A stretch of DNA of 64,000 nt from NCBI GenBank assembly GCA_035084275.1, contig CM068754.1:15004001-15068000 (forward strand). The letters are read 5' to 3'. The position numbers were made by a program, and so were the translations under genes. Source of the stretch: Hydrolagus colliei (taxonomy: Eukaryota). A model generated the notes under the pieces. That model saw nothing but the letters and a program-made list of their open reading frames with translations. It did no database searches and had not been told where the DNA came from. Of this stretch, positions 35,601 to 47,600 are shown piece by piece (position 1 is the first letter of the stretch; each line of letters opens with the position of its first letter).

Positions 35601-38600
35601 CAAGTACAAATAGCAATTCTAATATCTACAGGTCAATACTTTGCATCTGAAAATCCTCACTGATGACTTTCACGTATGAAATAACAGATGATGGATGGCA
35701 GAATACTGGATTGTGAAATTTACACCTCATATTTTACCAGGAGTTGTGTGAACACAATGCAATTGTGCTTATACATGATATTGGTTATGCTGTTATTACC
35801 AGAGATTAACTGGAAGAATTTGATTTAAATTTAATAACGCTAAGATGCTTACAAATGTTAGCACGCCTCCGAGTTAAAATGCTTCATTTACCTCATCCAG
35901 CCTTTGTTTTTCACAGTTATAAAGGAATGTCCCAAATAGGCAGCTATACAGATGATCCAGAATAGTCATCAGAAACAGCTCATTAAACTCAAAGGCTGCT
36001 GGAAACTAGGAGTAAAAATAATTGAAAAAGTACAAGATGTAAGCACATTCAGTAATGAATACCTAAGAAATAATAATAGCACAGAGTGGTGATGAAGCGT
36101 ATAAGGACTCTTAACATTGCAAATTCCTGCCCTTAATTCTTCACAAGCTGTGCTGTGCGCAATAGGCTGCCGCGTTTCGCATGCAATTCACTTACAGTAT
36201 AATCTGTGAAGCGCTTTGAGACATCTAGAAGACGTGAAAAGCGCTGTATCAAACGAAAGGATTATTATTTTGATTTATAACCTGAGGCATACAATCGCTG
36301 TGTAGATATTTATGCTGCACATCTTCACCTTTATAAGGTTACTCTGCTACAATGTCATAATTAATAAATGTTGCAATAAAACTAAAAGTATTGCTCCTCA
36401 AAACATTTTTTTTACATTGCTCTCAAATACAGCATTTGTACTGCTCAAAAAACAGCCAGATAAAATATGCTGAAGACTTTTTAAATTGTCCTAACTTGAA
36501 TTCCTGCGATATATTCCTACCTGTTTAGTCATTTGCCACACACAGTCGATGAACTGAAGGAAGATAGGTGATCTGTCAGCATCGGCATGGTTATCATCAC
36601 CGTGACCAATTCTCTGGGAAGATATTTATAAGATTTGTAGAACATGCTACTGATTTTTTGTTATTAATCATGCAATTCTGAAATAATAATGTCACATTTA
36701 ATCTTCGAGACTTACATGAGGTAATTAAATACTCACAACTGTAAATCTGTGTCCGAAGCTTAGCCACTCCTTTTCAATAAGCACTTCAAACCCCTTGATG
36801 GTTCGGTAATAGCTGTCGAGGATAAGCATCGCCAGCGATGTAAGTTGTGCAGTGCGATCCCAGCCATCACTGCAGTGTACCACGACTGATGTCTTTCCAG
36901 ATTCTATTTTGTCCGCTATACGTACAGCACCTGCTAGAAGTATCTGTAACACAGGTGATAGCCAGATAATACACTTGTTATAGGGTTTTATTTATTAACT
37001 TGGCTAAGAGAATCGATGACAAAAAGATTAGCAGCTGAATCAAAAGCATATGATTTTCAAGAATCAATCAGATGCAATACCCAAGGATCTGGAAGATTTT
37101 GATGCTTCAATCTCAGAACTCTCAGCCGAATGCACCCCAAAGAAAATGACAGGAAAATTGCAGTAATAAAACTGTTTGGCACAGAAATGCCTAACAAACT
37201 CTGCAATTCATTCTCAGGGTTCAGACAACCTGCAGAAATTGATCAAGCAACAGTCAAGAGCTTGGTGGAATTTCTGAAAATCTCAACAGAACTAGATACC
37301 TATAATCTACTCCGAGATATCTTTCATTTTACACACATTATCTTTTGGATGCAATAAGTTCTTCCCAACAACAAAAAAAAACTCAGCATGGTTAAAAAAA
37401 CACATGATTTTCTTATTACCCAGCCAGCCTACATTAAACTGCAACCTTAACTAACATTTGCAAATCAACACTTCTTAAATGTGGCATATATTTTCCCTAC
37501 ACCAGCTATAAACATTGCAAATGGATATCGCTTCCTAATTTAATTTGTATATGTCATTGGGTTACTTTAATTTGCATTTTGACATTTGGTCTGGTAATTC
37601 CTTTACATAACTTATTTTCTTACATAAATATCAGAATGAAGGCAAAGAGTTGCAAAGTTGTTATTTTAAATAAATGAACACAAGTTGTCTTACCCGTATA
37701 TATTCCAACCAATGTGTTGTGTCTATATTCGATAGCCATTTTGATTCATCTATAACCGGATAAACAAAATCCTTCAGTTTCCTCAATGACTCTCTCATGA
37801 CGTGGATATTATGGATTTCCAAAAAAACAAGTTCAGCATTGGAATAGGCAGCTTCACTTTCATAACCTCCACCTTTTGCCTAAAAACAAATTCACAAATA
37901 ATGATCGGGGGGGAAACATCACCAAGTCAATGTTATTTGCAAAAAGACTATATTATTCCTCCCGCGCATATTTAATATTTATATTGCTCGTGATGATTAA
38001 CTACATGTCAGAAATCATTCCATTAACTTTCTTGGTTATGATGCAAAATTAAATTATATTTTAGCATTCAATCTTAAACACACAAATAATTTATGATGCC
38101 TGAACATTTATGATGCCTGACATAAATATTATAAAGCTGGGAAACTGTACATCAGTTATTGTTCAGGATGATGGATACAGTTTGCAAAAAAACAACACTG
38201 GAATCCAAATGTGGTGCAGTGGTATAATTACAAGCTCACATCATAACATCTTTAAATAAGGAAGCCGTTTAAAGCCACTGAAGTTAATTATTCTCCCTGT
38301 AGCTCAGCAACGGTCAGTAAGTACCTTATTGGTATCGGCCACGCTATTTTGCCTGGCATCAAAGATGATTAGTTTATGGGATTGGGCATTGGCATCCATT
38401 ATTGCTTGTAAGTACTTCTCGTCCTCCTTGCACCGTTTATCGTTCGCGCCAACCATGGGCTGGCTACATCTAGTAATTGTCGCTTGGCTTTCTGGATGAA
38501 TCCATGACAATACCTGAGAAAGACGTTCAAAGAGTTTAGAAGCCTCCTATTCAATACAGTAATTTGGCATAAAATGATCAGACCAAACAAAAATTTTTAA

Positions 38601-41600
38601 AAAACTAAACTGCTTTAGACATTGGCACACTAACCTACTTACTTTTCTAATAAGAAATATCCATCGACAAGAGAAGATTATCATGGAAAGCAACAAATAA
38701 TTGGGCTGGAGAGTAAATAATATTATTCTTGGGCTGCTACAAATGCTGTACATGTATAAATAACATTATTATTTCTCCCAGACTTGGCGCATGTCATAAA
38801 ACACATCCATCAGCGTATACTCACGGGGATTCGTCCTCTTGCCCTAAATGCTATTACTTTCGAAAGATCATCATCCTTCACATTAACTGGCACCACCAGA
38901 ATTGGAGGGTAAGTATCACAGAGCTCAAAGTTGCTGTTAGCTTTAGTTATTGTCCAGCTTTCATTAGGAAGTCCCTGTAATGAAACAAACACAGTGTTTT
39001 GCTGCAATTTAGAAAGACAATTTTTTCCTTCTGTGTTATATACAAAGTAATAAAAAATGATATTAGATCCGTAACATATAAAACAATTATGGGAAACTAT
39101 TTTATTATTTATTCCATGTATAACAATTGTTGGAAGAAAATGAGGAGTCTCAATTAAAATTTTGCGTAATTCAGATGGAAACACAGTTAAACTACATAAA
39201 ACACAACTGTACACCGCAGCTTCACAAATTGCTCACCTGTCTTTTATATTCAGCAATTGGATCATAAACTTTCCAGCCAGCAGTGGGAAAGTTCTCATTG
39301 TACTTGAATGCAAACAGTGGCTAAAGGAGGAACAAACAAAACAGTTCTGAGATATTGTCATTTGAAGAAATACAATGCTTGGATCTAACATGATGAAGAC
39401 TTGAACTGCGATCATTTCTATCCCAGTCAATTCTATAACCTAGGGTCACAGTCTTGAATGACCCAAATTTTGACAAGTTCATTGGAACTATCATTTCTAT
39501 TTTTAAAAAAGGGCTTTAGTAATCAATCAATCAATCAAAACTTACATTTATTTAGCGCCTTTCATGTCAAGAGGACGTCGCAAGGCGCTGTAGTTAGGAA
39601 CAAGAGCAAGGGGGAAGGGGTCGGGGCAGTCCAAAAAAGAGTAGGAAAATTGACTGTATATTTGTGGGCAAAAGTTAAAGTAAAAATACAACAGATTCCT
39701 ACCACCAATTCCAGGTTTAAACTATGCTTTGCTATTATTCTTAGCAAGGAAAAGGTTATTCTTCACGAATTAAAATAACCATTTCATTTAGGAGAAGGGG
39801 TTGGTAAATATGCAGCCACTTATTCCAAAAGCACAACTCTGGCAATGTAGATACACAGAGAAGATAAGCAATTTGTGCATAGCAATCATTTATTGGATTT
39901 TTTTAAACAATAAACAGTTTTGTTTAAACAATAAATGTGCTCCCGACATGAAAGGCACTATACAAATGTAATTTTGTTGTTGATTATCGAGGACTGCTAT
40001 GTCCATCACAATTATGTGAAAACTGTATTTTGCTGTAAAAAGAACTCACCAAGTCATGAGAGAGAGGAAACGCACATTTTGTCAGATTCTCAAAGATCTC
40101 TAACTTGCCATGTTCATCCTGTTTATACGCAAACCGCAGATTTCTCATATCCTGTCAGACAGTACAAAACTATCAGCTCGAATGATACTAGGAAGTAAAA
40201 CAAATTAAGCTAAAAAGGGCTATTATTTGACCTATTTAGAGACATACTAACAATGCGAATGTCCAAAATAAAAATAGCAGCCATGGAATATAGAAGTAAT
40301 TAAATCTGAAAAAATAAATTTACACTCACTAAGGTTTTTTTTTAGAAATATTCTAATGTAAAACAATTTATCTGCGCAGTAATTAACTCCAATGACTATA
40401 TTGTTACGGATCTTTACGATTCTGGCTAGCAGGTGTGATTGCTCAGATATTGTGAATGAGAAACTTTACCTTGCATACAATTTCCAGTCCACAGGAATTC
40501 TCTCCATGACTTTGAATACCAGCAATCTTTTCAAGACGACTTACAACTCCAAGTGGTGCATCCAGGATAAAAGGGGGATCCTAGGTTATAAACAGAAATA
40601 TAAAGATAAAGGTATGCACTCTATCAAACATTAATCACCCACTAAGTACACAGTCACCAGACTCCAGAGTAAACCTCGTGAAGCACTTCCTGCCCAATAT
40701 GAAAAGCACTACAATTAATATTAGGATTACCATAGGCCCTAATTTGACCCTCTTTCCAAACCCCTCTACAATTTCACCTACTCCTAACCCTCAACATCAG
40801 ACTCCCATTCAATCTTTGCAAACGGCTATGAAATGCTCTTGCTACAAGAAAGGCAAGTGCAAAGGCAAGTGCAAGTTGTTGCTGTAGTTAATATGCTCTT
40901 CAAACGATTATATTGAGCGCCTGAAAAGAGGTGTGAAAACATTTACTTCAGAATTTCTCTATTTAATAGAAAGGGAACCAACTTACCCGCTCCGTACTTT
41001 TGAAATACAATTTATAGTCTGAAACAGTCAGTGTTCCGCTAATAGCTCCGATGAAAGGACAGATGTACATAACATCTTTAGCTGCAGATAAATCATGTTT
41101 TTAAACGTAGGTAGGTCATATTGATGTAAACAGTAAATATCTGTAAGCATCTAGAGCAATACACAGGCATTATTTATCAATAGCAATGCTGCTTTATTGC
41201 ATTCAAAGTAAACTATCAAATAGGCAAACTTCTTAGTATAGATTACAAGTGACCTATGAAATTTGAATGAAAATATTATTAAATCAATGCAATTTTTAAA
41301 AAATAATTCACTTATGATTCAGAAATTTAAAACATTAAACATCTTGTATGTAATTATGTTTTTAAACTACTTTGTAACTACAGTATTTCTTCTCTCAAAA
41401 TAAGAAAATTGATTATTTCCTGCCTGTCCATGGGGAGACAACATTAGGCAAACCATTGAGATTTACTTGATCTGAAGACAGCCTTCTCAATTATAATGGC
41501 CACAAGATTTTAGTTAGCCTTTGAGCTGCTACTTACAATCTGCTTAGCATCTAACATTTGCTGAGTATAGTAGGACTAGAAATGATAGCCAAACATATTG

Positions 41601-44600
41601 AATGTTGCTATTTTAAGCACAATTATCCTTTGTTTTCTTATTAAATACATTTAAAAATTACAGGCATAGTAAGATTTGCACTTACCAATTGCTTTGATAC
41701 CTTCTCCTGGAAAGAGCGGTGCCTCCTCCATTTGAGCTACTTTATTTCCATCCCTTAGTGCCTAACAATTAATCAAACCCAGTTAAGCTTACAGCCACCT
41801 GTTCATCTCGCTTTCAAAGAGCAATTCCCATGTTAATAAACCAGAACACAAGTAAATTAAACATGCAGGATTCCTTTTCCAATGTTCTATTTGGCAATTT
41901 CTATAAATTCTAAATTAAATCAGCCATGCCTGTACACTTCAAGACATTGGATTTTTAAAATACAATTTGAAGAAGTTAAAACAAACAGCTTGTCAAACAA
42001 ATCAAACAGCTGCCAATCATTTTATGCAATTTCCATTTTTCTCTTCTAAGACCTAGGAAAAGCAACCCTGCAACTTTGAACATTCTCTTATTGTTTTCTT
42101 TCTGGTAATCACTGCAAACATGCTGAACAAGCATCCACACTTACCTTCACTTAGCAAAATGCTATGGCCAAACATGATTATAATGTGCAAATAGTGCAAA
42201 CTGCTAGTTACTGTAGTAATATTTCTGATTTCTAACCACAGTGTGGAATTCATGCAAACTGCTGGTTGCTGTAATATTTCTGATTTCTAAACCTTATCCA
42301 TTTTCTGTGAATGCATTTAGTTCCAGAAACAAGGCACACTATATAGGGTAGAGATTTTGATTTATAGATCAGCTAGTTATTTATCCGAATCAATCGACTT
42401 TTGACTTCACCCTTCCACGTCATGAATTCAATTGAGCTGACAAACCCCCAAAAGTATAGACGTGCCATTCACCCCTGAGCTGCATCATTGTATTTTGAAA
42501 AGTTCAGTCTCAGATAAAACTAATAAATTAGCTTAATGAAAATGTAATCCAATATATTAGCATTTCTTTCCCCAAAAAAGTTTGTTTTATAAACACGTCA
42601 CTGGCAGACAGTGCACAGTTAAAACATTTTTGTGCACTGTAGATTTAGTATTAAGAGAAAATGTAAACATGCATTACAAAATGTATACTCTATTTTGGAT
42701 CAGAAATGAGAGCAGTTTGCTTAGAGGTTTCTAACCTTCTGCATGCAAATCTTCAATTAGAGTGACTTGGTTAGCTGTCCACTAATTTTTTTAAAAAAAA
42801 CTTGCAATAAAGAGAATTATCACTTGCCAAGGAGCGTATACCCAGCTCAGGATCAGCATCAGAATGACAAGACCCATTCCGTCCATCCTGATTTTCCTGC
42901 ATATCAGGGTCAGCAGAGGAAAAGCAGACGGGAAGCATGCACAAAACAGTTGAAAGGAATGTAAATCACAGTTTATCAACATGCAACACTTCAGCAAAGG
43001 GAAAAGCAAGCACACATAGCAGAGAACCATTATGTTAGAAATAATTTGTGATGCAGACAGCAAATCAAAGAGAAAATTTAGTAAAAGTTTCCATTTTTGA
43101 AAACAACGTAAAACCGTTATAAAAGAATAAATATCTCTCATCTACTGACTAAATAAAAGGAATGTAAAACAATGTGAATGCATACACATTGAATAGTCAG
43201 AACACCACTGCTGCTCGACTTCAGAGTGCAAGCATTGTAATAAATGCCTGTACATTGTATAATACATTGACAAGGAATACATCAGCCGCTTTGTTTTGGA
43301 AGTTTTAAATTGTACCATTTCATGTTGTTTGCACTGTTGTGCATGATGTCAGGCAGTGCTGACAATTCAAATCTGTTCATGGGTGGTGGGGGGGGGGGGG
43401 GGGGGGTCGGAGAAGGGCAACTACATTGTGAACAAGCTCCCCAAATTGATTTGATGGCGACTCTAAGAAACAGTTGATAATAGAAAATACATCTTTCACT
43501 TGCTGGCCTTGAGTAACTTTGCAACTTGACAGAAATTAGAATTGTGCAGATATCTGCTGCTACTTTGCTGTAGAAAACCTCCATGTAAATGACAGAATCA
43601 TCAATCAGACAAAATGGCACATTCCCAGAAATATTAACTGTGAATTATAAAGTTATATAACAATTTTAAAACTAGTCAATGGAGACCTCACCATATATCA
43701 ATTTTTTTTGAAAAAAAACACACTAAACTCCCCCAAATCATGGCCATAGACCCTCATCCACACGTGCGATGATTTCAATAATCAGCAGGAACATGCAGGT
43801 TTCTTCAATCTTCAAAGCACTCATTTAATGAACTAATGTGAAATTATTCATGGATAATAACGGTCTCAGGACGAAAAATTACCGTGCTCGACAGCATGCC
43901 GCTATTACTATAGGTAATAGAAGCATAAACAAACCAAGTAGTAGCCCAACTACTATTCGATACAGTATCCAGATATTCAAGACACTCTCCCAATTCACTG
44001 TTGCATATTCTGGCTTCACTCTGAAATGAGTTGTATGTATTCTCTGACTCAGATTTACTCTACTTTCTTAGAGCAGTGATAAATCACAGTACTTAGACTA
44101 ACAAATGTCTGTACAGTCATATAAACAGGAAATATCACCCATTTAAAATTCCTTGTGGATTGTTTTATCATTAAAGTGTTTCATAGTGTATACTAAAATG
44201 CTAGGACCACAGAAATAAATACTACAATGAAACTAAATATTAAAATGGAATATATAAAAACTACCTTTTAGTGGGAGCAAATAGAATCAAGAAGAAATGG
44301 ATTTTACCAGAAAGGTCTATTAGATGTAAATCCGGCAACTTTAATTGGGAGAGTAAAGCCGTGATGGCATAATTATGAGCCAATTAGAGATTAGAAGGAA
44401 TTCCTCCACCCACCCTACAGGGTATAGGAACTGGCTTCCAACAAAAACAAGCTTTGTAATGTTGATGACCTACTTTAAAAAAAATGAAGTACAGTATCTG
44501 TTTGGGAACTTCATTGGAGAATCAATAGATTGGTTGAGATGAACAAATAAATACTCAAGAAGGCAAGATAATTTCTGTACTGCCGAAACTGGCGAGGGGA

Positions 44601-47600
44601 AAGATTGGTAGTAATTAAAATATTGTATTGTTTGGGAGGGAAGTACTGTATTCAAGGTTAAACATCCAAGGAACGTGAAGATAAGCCAACAAACTGAAGT
44701 TTTAGCTTGATTACCTTTGGGGATTCAGGGAGTATTTATGCATATCGTTCTATCAAGTCAGTGAACCCATTCCCTGAACTTGTTCTTACACGGAGAGCCA
44801 ATATGTTTAGTTTACAGTGTCTCTTCTTATATGTTGATGATATTTCAATCCTGGGCATATACCAAAGTTACAAGTTATGTTTAAAAGCCTTACTGCATAA
44901 AAAGCAATTAGTGTATAGATATACTTGTGGATCTTTATCTTTGGAAATTGTCTCATTTTTTCTCACTCCTTCACCAAACACACGGCATTCAGAATTAGTG
45001 GGCCTTTTATAAGTGAAACTATAGCTTTGTTTCTCATTAAAAGATTATTCAAGTGTTAACTATTTTTTGCTCAAGTGTATTGCTATCACATGCTGAGAAA
45101 TCAACATCAATCGAAAGAGAAGTTGAAAAGGTTTCTGGAAGCACACAGAATGGGTTTTCTATCACCACCAAAATATGTGACTTCCATGTGTTTTTGATAT
45201 AAAATCTTTCACTTAAAAGAGTGCAGGATAGTCAAGACTGATGTTAATCACTGTGTTTGGACAAAGAATGGAACAACATGAGGCAACCTCGACTCATCCA
45301 GTAATTACACTTCAATTTGGTAGATCATAATTTTAACAAGCATTGCAAATTGCAAAATCCCCAGTTTAGTTCTGAAGAGTTAAAACATCTAGAAGATGGC
45401 TCATACATTGAAAGGCCAGACACATTGAAAGCTTTGCGTCAAGTACAAGAGACAAACGAGGAGAAGCCTTGTATGTTCCTAATTAATTTCATCCTTACCC
45501 TTATGTCTGGCCTTCTGCAAACCTGTCAGTTAAAATACATCAACATAAAAATCAATAAAAGCAGCCAGATAATCTGGTCAAAATAATTTAGTATTAAATT
45601 GCCTGACAAATTAAATATGGGAAAAACATGAGAAAATACAAAATGAAGATGTGTGAAGAAAAAGAAATTCACAATGTTCTTTTTGAATTCAATTATGATT
45701 TTAAATTTACTTCAAATTTTAGAAGATTATTCCATAGACCGAATAAAGTTAAGAATGCAGAAATGTACACAGAAGTAGATAATAATACTAAGAAGATAGC
45801 TAACTCCAGCACCCATTATGATCTGTCAGTAGTTTTTACACAAAGGCCACAGCACGTGGCGAAATGCAATGCGTTATATGTGCTCATGCTTTGAAATTAG
45901 TATCAGGTGAGGTCCGAGGAAGAAGTCAAATTAATTTCCTGAGATGGGGAAAAAAATCAGGGACCTGCCACCCAAAGACTTCTGATGTACCTCAAACAGG
46001 TGGCCTGTTATAATGACATTAGCTGAGTCCTGGAATCAAATGAATCATATTTTGTACATCGCTGATACACAGCAGAATGCTACATGAAAATGAATGGAAA
46101 AATGTAAGGCAGTAAAGAAAAAAATTCAAAGAAATAAAAATATGGAAAGGTTCACAGCAAAACTGCTGAGATGATACAATGGGTCCCATGGGCATTCTGA
46201 TTAAACAGCATCAACACATCAGGTCTACTCTTACTGAAGTCCTCAACGTTACTACTAGCACAAAAACATGAGTCAATTTGGAACTGGATTACTAAGCAGA
46301 ATGAGAGGATAAAAAGAGAAAATCAAACAGAATAACACAAAAGAGAAAAACCTGAGAGAAAAGAGACGTTGGAATCCATCATTTGAATTTTCAGTGCAGT
46401 ATCCAAACGAAGACAAACAAACAGCTTATTTTTAATAAATCAATGTACCAATTGTTAAGTTTAGTTTTACAATTCCACCAATACCTGAAATTCTGGAGAT
46501 AAAATATTGTTTCAAATAGCTAATTTTTACTAGACATATACACACATTAAGTATATCTGGGGATTGCATCAGATTCATATCACAATCGAAAAATTAAAGA
46601 GATCAATCCCCATTCAATAGCTGCTTATACACTGAGACCAAGAAAAACTTCAGCTGTTAGTGTGCCAAGGCCTCCAACCCAATCAACTGTATCTCCTCCC
46701 AGTGCTGTGTGGTGCTGGCAATATTTAATGGTAACAAGGAGATTTTTCATAACAGTTACAGATATAAAAAGGACTTTGCATTCATTTATCCATACAGCAC
46801 TCATTATAATCAACACGTTGACCCACAATGTAAACTGTGTAGAGGACTGGATGACTCCTCCAAGTGCACTTTGTCCTCTTACATAAAAATTCAATGATCC
46901 ATTATTGCCTAAAGTTCAAATATTCCAACACTTGGTATTAATTCACACACATTTCTTTTTTTAACAAAAGAACACTGAATACACAACACTTTTACAGTAC
47001 TTTCTGTTCATAGAATTATTATTTCTTGCTTGAAATCAAATACTTAGAATCACTGATAGGTGCTGATAGAGCTCATTGCTCACCTCATTTTTCATCAGGT
47101 TTCAATATATTTTTATAACCTTGATTAAGACAATTCCTCCATTGAGACTTATAAAGAGTCATTTCAAGTAGTTGCTTGGATTGCAGCTGATAAAACGATC
47201 AGGGTGGAGGAAAGGAAGCAACACTTATATCTGCAGTTAACTACCCCATGACTCATTACAGTAATCTTCAATTAAATTATTCATTAATCTACTAAATGTT
47301 ACTGTAGTAAAACAAATATTGATATTTGAACAAACTACAGTATACACTGCAATAATTCTGTAAATTGCTTTAAATTCTGAAGCGTGTGGTTACAAAAGGG
47401 GGAAGGGCCGTTAGGGCTTGCGACAGATCAAAGGACAAACTTCAAACAGCCTTGTTTGGGTCCCAGTATTTGAGCAGAACACAAAAGTTTTGCTAGACTC
47501 TGATAGGAACCTGGTACAAGGGAGCAGTGGTTTTTGTGTTTGAATTAGGGAAAATATGCTCCACAGAAGTACTTTTGGGTATGAACCAATATTGATGCCA

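Noticed and set aside
42736-42774. Additional MTMR1 microexon ending at AAG|gttag
   Set aside because: Available acceptors lack pyrimidine tracts or give stops; better read as an intronic TGCATG element.
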